Of a DNA stretch of 64,000 bases, positions 55,043 to 64,000 are shown one piece after another. The stretch is from Eledone cirrhosa (taxonomy: Eukaryota): assembly GCA_964016885.1 (NCBI GenBank), contig OZ024760.1, forward strand, positions 10,664,001 to 10,728,000, read 5' to 3'. Made by a program: the position numbers and the translations under genes. Positions within the stretch are counted from its first letter, which is position 1; the number at the start of each line of letters is the position of its first letter. The notes beneath the pieces are model-generated. The model worked only from the letters and a program-made list of their open reading frames with translations. It made no database searches and was not told the DNA's origin.

Positions 55043-56206
55043 TATATTGATCATGTTGGTGTCACGATGAAAAGCACCCAGTCCAGACTGTAAATGTGGT
55101 TGGCATTAGGAAGGGCATCCAGACATAGAAACCAAGCCAGAAACAGTTCTGTATGAGCAAGACACAGTCATATGATTTGACTTGACTCACAATGGGTCAA
55201 CTCGTCTAACCCATGCTAGTGTGGGAAAATGGACGTTAAACGGTGATGATGATGATATATACTTATCATTTTTGATGATTTAGTGTTAAAGAATAAAAAT
55301 TAATGATAAAAGAAAAATATATATTAAGAAAAACAAGCCCTCCACCCACCGTGAGGGTGTGTGACTTTAAGCTACAACTTATTTAGCTTATAGGGAAGAA
55401 AATACAAAAATAAAACCGATATTTTATTGGCTTCTCAGAGATAAAAAATCAAATAAATCTCAGAGGACGGGATTTGAACTCAAAAACTAGAGACATGGAC
55501 GAAAGTAAATAGAGTTTTAAATAGTATCGGATAGATTTTATGGGTAAACCAACTGGCAGGAGGCCCAGAGGTAGATCATGAGCAAGATGGTTGGATAGTG
55601 TCCATAAGCTCAGCTGGTCACGCCTTGGGGATCCAGCTGGGGGATTCAGTTGCTTCACACAGGACTTGCTGGAAGGAGTATTTGAGGGCTCTGCCCCCAC
55701 AACTCTCTCAGGAATATGTGGGAGAAGAAGAAGAAGAAGAAGAAGAAGAAGAAGAAGAAGAAGAAGAAGAAAATATTTTAGCCCGAAAACAGCCATTCCA
55801 ATACCCTTTGAAGTAAAAACACGAGACGAAATACTATTGGTATATTATGTATTATGTAAATTACACAAAAGTGGTTGGAAACGAAAGTGCATTGCTTGAA
55901 ATCAGAGTAAAAGATAACTAGTGTATACATTAGTGGGATGGTATTTGTGTGTATGTGTGTGTGTGTGGGGGGGGGGGGGCTGTTGGGAAGGGGTTCTGTG
56001 TGTATGGTTGTGGTTGTGTTTGTCTCCCTCTGTATTATTTTGTCGGTTTGAATTGAGAATATGTATATAAGGGCGTGATATCTCCCCCCCTCCCTCCCTC
56101 TCTATATGTTTGTGTCCGTTTATGTGTGTGCTAGTTTGTGACATGTATATAGATGCTTGCATGTTAAAAAAATATTTTTATATGCGTTTGTATATATATA
56201 TATGTA

Positions 56207-56259
<53 letters not shown>

Positions 56260-56417
56260 TCATCATTTTACGTCCGCTTTTCCCTGCTTGTAAGGATTGG
56301 ACGGGTCCTATTCAGCACAGTATCTCTCCACTTGTCACAGTCCTTCGTCATATATATATATATAAGAAGGGTTTAGATCAACATCCAGTGATTTATATAT
56401 ATATATATATATATATG

Positions 56418-56617
56418 AACGAGTAGGACCCCGACGGCTGAGCTCAAGCCGTTTCGACGGCTAATACTGGACTAATTAGTCCAGAATTAGCCGTCGAAAC
56501 GGCTTGAGCTCAGCCGTCGGGGTCCTACTCGTTCCTATTACCCACTCTACTACCCTAAGTATTGAGTACTTTGGTGCGTTATGGTCCACCTGGTTCCTTA
56601 CCACATTTCCTTCGTTA
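56418..56617 (+). mobile_element. Penelope-like pLTR family A with near-perfect ~115-bp palindrome
   Basis: AACGAGTAGGACCCC...GGACTAATTAGTCC...GGGGTCCTACTCGTT. Confidence 0.6.
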
Positions 56618-57509
56618 TCAAATCCAGCCGAGGTTAACTTTGCCTTTCATCCTTACGGGGTCGATAAAATAAAGTACCAGTAATGCACTGGGTAATTTCT
56701 GGCCTTGTGCTAATAGTAGAAACAGTTATATATATACATATACATATATACATATATATATATATGTGTGTGTTTGTGTGTGTAAGTGTATGTATGTGTG
56801 TAACAGTACCAATATGAAGTTAGTGTCTGAATATGTGACTGTGTGTGTGTGTATACGTGTAATAGTATGAATATAAAGTTAGTATATATATATGTGTGTG
56901 AACTCTGTCGACAGCTGCAATAGGCAGCGGTTAAACTACCTTTTTTCCTTTAATATTTCTTTCTTATACATGAACAATTCCGTAGTCATCGAATGTGATT
57001 CTGTATGTGTCTATATATGTGGATATGACTGTGTATGTCTCTCTGTGTGCCTATGTATGTACATCTGTGTCTACGTATGTCTCTGTGTATATTTGTATGT
57101 TTGTGTTTGCGTGTGTAGCTGTGTACGTGCGTGTGTGTCTGTGTTTGTGTCTATATATATGTGTGTATGTATCTCTCTGTGTTTGTATATCTGTGTCTGA
57201 GTGTATGTGTATGTGTGTGTGTGTTATATGCTTGTGTTTTATTATTATTAATGTTTTGTGTGGAGGGTTGTACCGCTGCTTGAGAGAGAGAGAGAGAAAG
57301 GGAAGGGGGAGGAGATGGTATGAAAGAGTGTATGAGAGAGAGAGAGAGAGAGTGTGTGGGAAAGAGTGATTGAACGCGAGGGAAGTGTGAGTGCGAGAGA
57401 AGGCATACATTACCATGTAGACTAGAAAGAATAGAGGGTGTGTGTATGTAAGCAAATAAATATATGAAAAACAAAACCGAAACGAAGTGAGCAGGTTTAA
57501 CGAGACAAA

Positions 57510-57817
57510 TAAATTTCTTTATTAGCCACAAGGGCGCGCAAGAAAAGGGGACAATAAAAAGACACATGCCGGGGATTTTACATACAGTCGTGTAAAAATA
57601 TTGAAATAAACAATTATAACAATCGAAATCCCCAATAGGGGGGAGGCGCCACAAATGGGTTGTTTAATACCCCGTCGATAGAACAACCCTCAACTTCGGG
57701 AGCGTGTTGTGCAAGTGCACTTTTCTTCCTTTTGCTCTCTTCTTTAACCTACAGGCTTATAAACAGAGAAGGCCCGATCACTCGGGCCATTTTCGCTTCA
57801 TTCACCCACCTTTCAGT
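57510..57817 (-). mobile_element. Tx1/L1 3' end
   Basis: Reverse complement of 50780-51080. Confidence 0.85.
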
Positions 57818-58186
57818 AAGATATATAGAGAGAGATAGTGTGTGAAGGAGAAGAGATGTAGAATACATACAAAGAGAGAGGAAGATACACTAGAAAGGAA
57901 AAAGTAGAGTTGATATAGAAAACATACAAAGAGAGAGAGATAGTGTGTGTAAAGGAAAATAGATATAGAAACAAAGAAAGAGAGAGAGAATGTGTGTGTG
58001 TATATAAACGAGAGTGGGTTTAGAAAACAGAAAGTAAGAGAAATAGATAGAAATTAAGAGAGAGAGGAAGATACAGGAGAAAGAGAGGAGAGAGTATGTA
58101 AAATATTGTGTGAACAGCGTAGAGAGTAAATTAGAAGGAAGGCAGTGCTTGATCGAGGGACACGGAGTTAGAAAGGACAGACACGG

Positions 58187-58229
<43 letters not shown>

Positions 58230-58448
58230 TATATATATATATGTGTGTGTGTGTATATATTTCGTGAAATATAAGAGAGAGATACTATAGAAGCCAATGC
58301 AACGACTAAAGCGTAATGTTTAACATAACTATGATGATGATGATGTCTCCATCATTTCAAGATCACGGATATTTCAGCTGCACCTTCTCAGACTTACCAT
58401 AAACACATGGTTTGTATAAATACCTATCTTTCTCTCTCTATATATATA

Positions 58449-58508
<60 letters not shown>

Positions 58509-58599
58509 TATATATATATATAGGATCCTTCACTCTAATTTCTTGTCTATCTATATGTCTAGTTAGCTAGCTATTTATCTGTCTAGTGTCTAGTTAGCC

Positions 58600-58664
<65 letters not shown>

Positions 58665-58807
58665 GTTAACTATGTATCTGTCTAGTTAGCTATTCATCTC
58701 TATATGTTTATCTATATGTCTAGTTAACTGATAGGCTATTTATTTATCTGTCTGTCCGTCTATCCATCTATCTGTCTGTCTATGTCTAGTTAGCTATTTA
58801 TCTACTT

Positions 58808-59045
58808 AAAAGGAGGAGGAGAGGAAAGGAGTACAAACTCTTCGTACTCCTAGAGATGAGGGTTGCACATTTTTTCGGGGGTATGTGTTACCCATATGAA
58901 CTGTCTCCCCCTATTGGGGAAAATCGACTAATTTTTTAAATTGCATTTGTGATAATATTTTACAAGTTTTTATTGTATTTAAACTTCCTCCTTTGTATTT
59001 GTCCCCTTCTTTTGTGCCCCTGTGGCTAATAAAGAAACATATCTA
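58808..59045 (+). mobile_element. Tx1/L1 3'UTR
   Basis: Near-identical to 49255-49490; follows a (TATC)n tract. Confidence 0.85.
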
Positions 59046-59706
59046 CTTATATAATCACAGCGATACTATGAAATGTATTTCTCTGTGTCAGCCGATCAGT
59101 TCAGCCCATAGAAATTCCTGCAAGTGAAACTACCAATATCATTCTCCTACCTGTACTTTTAGTCGCTACACAATCCTCACTCTTCAGACAAATCAATATT
59201 ACAAATAATCACTCACGTTTATGACCACTTTTTTTTCTCTTTCATCTTCTCATCCCGACATCTCAACACGAATCCATCCATTTATCTATCTAAAAGAAAG
59301 ATATCTATCTATCTATTTATCTATCTATCTCTCTATGCATCGATCTATTTATCTATTTGTCTGTCTATCTATTCAATAAATCTATCTATCCATGCATCGA
59401 TCTATTTGAATGTCTATCAATAAATCTATCTATCTACGTATCGATCTAATTATATGTCTATCAATACATCTATGTATCTATCTATTTGAATGTCTATCAA
59501 TAAATCTATCTATCTACGTATCGATCTAATTATATGTCTATCAATACATCTATGTATCTATCTATATGTCACTATTTCGTCATTAGTGTTATTGTACACA
59601 CACACACACGCACACACATGTAATATATATATTTGTACACACACACACACACACATGTAATATATATATTTGTACACACACACACACATCTAATATATAT
59701 ATTTGT

Positions 59707-59737
<31 letters not shown>

Positions 59738-60406
59738 AGTGGAAGCTTAGAAAATCGAAGCTTTGACTGTGGCCATGTCGACCTACAGTAAGGAATGAGT
59801 AGCAAAGCACTCAATAAGGGTAATAACATTACGTTTAAATAACTTGACAAATTGAAAATTGCGGTAGGTAAAACCCAACCATACATTACCAAAACAGCGA
59901 AAGAACTAATCAGATTATATATACATACATATATATAGGAGAAAGTATGACCCCGACGGCAGAGCTCAAGCCGTTTCGACGGCTATTTCTGGACTCACTA
60001 TTTCTGGTCATACTTTCTCCTATTACCCACTCTACTACTCTAAAGTATTGAGTACTCTGGTGCGTTATGGTCCATCTGGTTCCTTACCACAACTCCTTCG
60101 TTATATGTATATATATACATACAAATATATATATTAAAGGATCGATCGACTTTCGTCAAATCGGACCGAGGAAACAATGTTTCCGTTGGTCTTTCCAATT
60201 GCTAATACTATCTATCGGTCGCAACTCCAGGTAGAAGGAGCGACGTGAAATAAAGTGTCTTGCTCAAGGACATAACGCATCGCCCGGTCCAGGAATCGAA
60301 CTCACAATCTCAAGATTGTGGAGTTCGATTCTCTAACCACTCAGCCACACGCCTTCACTAAACATACATACATACATACATACATACATACATACATACA
60401 TACATA

Positions 60407-60444
<38 letters not shown>

Positions 60445-60687
60445 TAAAGATTCAACGAGAATCGCATTTTCGGCGGGCAGGAAAGGCGAAATGAAACGCA
60501 AAAATCAGAAATGACACTGGCAAAGTGCTCAATACTTAAAAACCAGAGCTAAATAATGTGTTAAGAAGCCATACAAAACTGAAAAGGTGGTCAAGAAAGC
60601 ATTAACCACCCAAGCCCCAAAAAACCATAATATATATATATTACTTAAAAATATTAATAAATATAGACATTCATGTGATCAAATATA

Positions 60688-60749
60688 TTTTATTATACAT
60701 ATTTCAGAGATACTGAGCTATTTCAACAGTACGTCCTCATCAGATAAAA
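60688..60749 (-). ncRNA. Type I hammerhead ribozyme (family E)
   Basis: Minus strand TTTTAT-CTGATGA-GGAcGTACTG-loop-CAGTATcTCT-GAAA-TATGTA-TA-ATAAAA. Confidence 0.65.
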
Positions 60750-60894
60750 ATAAGTTGATGTCTGACATATCTTGACTATGTTGATCATTCTAATCTATTG
60801 TGAAACTTGATTCATTGATGAATTCATTGAACCTTGTTTCGATTCTCCAATCAACTTAGCTTCTACATTTTTAAAAAGAAAGTTATATATATAT

Positions 60895-61084
60895 AGGAAA
60901 AAGTATGACCCCGACGGCAGAGCTCAAGCCGTTTCGACGGCTATTTCTGGACAGAAATAGGCGTCGAAACGGCTTGAGCTCTGCCGTCGGGATCATACTT
61001 TTTCCTATTTCCCACTCTACTACCCTAAGTATTGAGTACTTTGGTGTGTTATGGTCCATCTGGTTCCTTAACATAATTCCTTTG

Positions 61085-61087
<3 letters not shown>
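60895..61087 (+). mobile_element. Penelope-like pLTR family A with inverted duplication
   Basis: Palindrome centred near 60950; similar arrangement at 59938-60102. Confidence 0.6.
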
Positions 61088-61142
<55 letters not shown>

Positions 61143-61199
61143 GATAACAAGTTTTAGGTAATCCTTAGCTCTATATCGCATATCCAATCTCTTACATAA

Positions 61200-61256
61200 T
61201 TTATCTGATGAAAACATACTGAAACACCATTGTACTTTTGAAATATGTATAATAAA
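61200..61256 (+). ncRNA. Hammerhead ribozyme (family E), weaker stem II
   Basis: TTTAT-CTGATGA-...-GAAA-TATGTA-TA-ATAAA. Confidence 0.55.
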
Positions 61257-61430
61257 ATATATACTTTGGTTATGATATTTCTCATTTATTAATATTTTGA
61301 ATAATATTATCATCATCTCATCATCTTCTTCGTTTAACGTCCATTTTCCACGCTAGCATATATATATATATATATATATGTGGATATATGGATATATATA
61401 TGTATATATATATATATGTATATATATATG

Positions 61431-61461
<31 letters not shown>

Positions 61462-61467
61462 GTATAA

Positions 61468-61503
<36 letters not shown>

Positions 61504-61541
61504 GTATATATATATATGTATAAATATATATATATGTATAA

Positions 61542-61577
<36 letters not shown>

Positions 61578-61901
61578 GTATATATATGTATAAATATATA
61601 TATATATGTATATATATATATTTATAAATATATATATATATATATGTATATATATAACCAAAGATTAATATGGTTCATTGATTGCTCAATGAATACAATT
61701 TTACAATAGATTAGAAGCACTCAACAGTGTGTTTTCCTGGAGTTTTTAATATTATTCCAAATATTAACAAATGAAAAATATTCTCATAATCAAAATATAT
61801 ACTTTATTATATATATTTCAAAGGTACCGTGTTGTTTTTTCAGTACTACCAATACTGGAATTGAATAATCAAGACCGTAGTGGTATGTCATATATCAAAT
61901 C

Positions 61902-61973
61902 ATATATTTTGTCTGATGAGGACGTACTAAAAAAACTACACAGTACCTTTGAAATATATATAATAAAGTATAT
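61902..61973 (+). ncRNA. Type I hammerhead ribozyme (family E); inverted 3' half at 61795-61848
   Basis: ATATATTTTGT-CTGATGA-GGAcGTACT-loop-AGTACcTTT-GAAA-TATATA-TA-ATAAAGTATAT; 11-bp stem I with two G-U pairs. Confidence 0.7.
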
Positions 61974-62039
61974 ATTTTGGTTATGAGAATATTTTTCATT
62001 TGTTAATATTTTGAATAATGTATATATATATATATAAAT

Positions 62040-62514
62040 AAAGGCCGGTTATATGATGCCTGTGTGAGGAACGCGATGCTGCATGGTAGTGAGACATGGG
62101 CAGCAACTGCAGAGGATATGCGACGGCTGGAGAGAAATGAGAGGCAAGCATGCTCCTTTGGAAGTGCAATATCAATGTGCGTGAACGACCCAGCATAAAT
62201 GTGTTGAGAGAGAGACTGTGTCTGAGAGGGATAGAATGTAGTGTAGGGGAGAGGAGACTGAGGTGGTATGGACATGTGATGCGCATGGAGGATGACCGAA
62301 TGGTGAAGAAGTGCCAGGAAATGCCAGTTGAAGGAAGACGTGGTAGAGGTAGACCACGAAAAACATGGGCGGAGGAGGTGAGAACAGACCTCAGATTGCT
62401 GAAGTTCACGGTGGAGATGACGAAGGACCGTGACAAGTGGAGAGATGCTGTGCTGAATAAGACCCATCCCACTCTTGCAAGCAGGGAAAAGCGGATGTAA
62501 AATGATGATGATGA
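62040..62514 (+). mobile_element. RTE type B 3' fragment
   Basis: RLRWYGHVMRMEDD...GRPRKTWAE...ASREKRM*; (GAT)n. Confidence 0.9.
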
Positions 62515-62520
62515 TATATA

Positions 62521-62810
62521 TCATCATCATTTTACGTCCGCTTTTCCCTGCTTGCAAGGGTTAGACAGGTCTTATTCAGCACAGCATCTCTCCACTTGTC
62601 ACGGTCCTTCGTCATCTCCACCGTGAACTTCAGCGATCTGAGGTCTGTTCTCACCACCTCCGCCCATGTTTTTCGTGGTCTACCTCTACTGCGTCTTCCT
62701 TCTACTGGGATTTCTTGGCACTTCTTTACCCGGCAGTCATCCTCCATGCGCATCACATGTCCATACCATCTCAGCCTTCTCTCCTGCACACCACAACTTA
62801 TCCCTCTTAT
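62521..62810 (-). mobile_element. RTE type B 3' fragment, tail-to-tail with the previous copy
   Basis: Reverse complement of 62225-62512. Confidence 0.9.
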
Positions 62811-63399
62811 ATATATATATATGTATATATTATTATACTTTGGGAGGTCATATTGTTGTAATAATATTGCCAGAAATAATAACAGAACACACTCACTGTT
62901 TGGTTGGTTTTCGCTTCTGTATCTTTTATATCTCCATAGTTAATTCATTTGGCCATCAATATTTATCACTGGCTGACCAACGGTTAAAAATAGGAAAATC
63001 TGCTTCGTAGAATCGAGATGTATCCAAGGACCGTGCGATTTCAGAGTCAGGTTTGATCACCACATTGATCGTACCTCGAGCTGGTCGCCCGAGAAACAAT
63101 TGTAATATGTCCAATAAATTCCTTTCGTCGCAAACTGATTCTCTTTTTTCTGTGATATATTTATATATATATATATTTATACATATATATATATATATAT
63201 TTATACATATATATATATATATATTTATACATATATATATATATATATATATTTATACATATATATATATATATATATATATAAATATATATTTATATGT
63301 ATATATATTTATATATATATTTATATATATATTTATATATATATATATATATTTATATGATATATTTATATATATATTTATATATATATATATATTTAT

Positions 63400-63668
63400 A
63401 TCATCATCATCGTTTTACGTCCGTTCCTCCACGCTAGCATGGGTTAAATGGGTTGTCCTGTTGCGGGTTTGGTTGGCTGACCTTGTCTTGCTCATACGGG
63501 AACTGATTCTGGCTTGATTTCTACAGCTGGATGCCCTTCCTAACACCAACCTCATTTACAGTGAGTGCTGGGTGCTTTTTTGCCGTGGCACCTCCACAGC
63601 CACTTTGCAGTGGAATGATAGGGACCCCAGTCCCTATCATCTCATTTCTACAGCTGAGTAAACTGGAG
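63400..63668 (-). mobile_element. CORE-SINE family 1 variant ending in the type A RTE terminus
   Basis: SINE body (GATAGGGACTGGGGTCCCTATC) continues into ATGAGCAAGAC...CCCATGCTAGCGTGG...GGACGTAAAAC(GAT)n. Confidence 0.85.
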
Positions 63669-64000
63669 ATCTTCTGAAACTAAACCTGTTAAGGGTGAAA
63701 GCAGCAATTCTTTGCTTAAACTTTAATCTGTTATTTTAATAAATATTTGCTCTAGGGTTCTTATATATTTGATATATAACATCAACAAATACAACAACAA
63801 CAACAACAAAGGAGGGTACTAGAACAACAACAGCAACAACAAAGGAGGGAACTAGAACCCTATCCAACGGTGTAACCACAAGCCGCTCCCTGAAGAAGAA
63901 CATTTTTCTTTTTTAGCCATGTTGAACCTGGCAAAAGAGATACAGAAAAACATTTTATCCGTCACCCAACACCATCCTTGCTGTCACTAACACACAATCT

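Overview
Gene-poor, AT-rich animal genomic DNA made almost entirely of microsatellites, minisatellites and nested retroelements. The SINE/LINE repertoire looks cephalopod (octopus-like); this is inference from remembered SINE motifs. No host gene is identifiable, and most ORFs in the track are simple-repeat artefacts. Main contents: (1) one 5'-truncated but open RTE-clade LINE (37110-39741) whose RT carries an in-frame PHD-type Cys4-His-Cys3 finger, plus many fragments of two RTE subfamilies with (GAT)n tails; (2) tRNA/CORE SINEs that borrow RTE 3' ends, and a second (AAT)n-tailed tRNA SINE; (3) relics of Tx1/L1, CR1, R4/Dong-like and a second RTE-group LINE; (4) small DNA-transposon MITEs. 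The most notable hidden signal is a set of type I hammerhead ribozymes from several unrelated families (about 7 complete cores plus degraded or half copies). Several lie in inverted pairs, one family shows compensatory stem changes, and most share a downstream TTGAGYAC-like motif, consistent with Penelope-like pseudo-LTR or retrozyme remnants. All calls were made by eye; no searches or folding programs were run.
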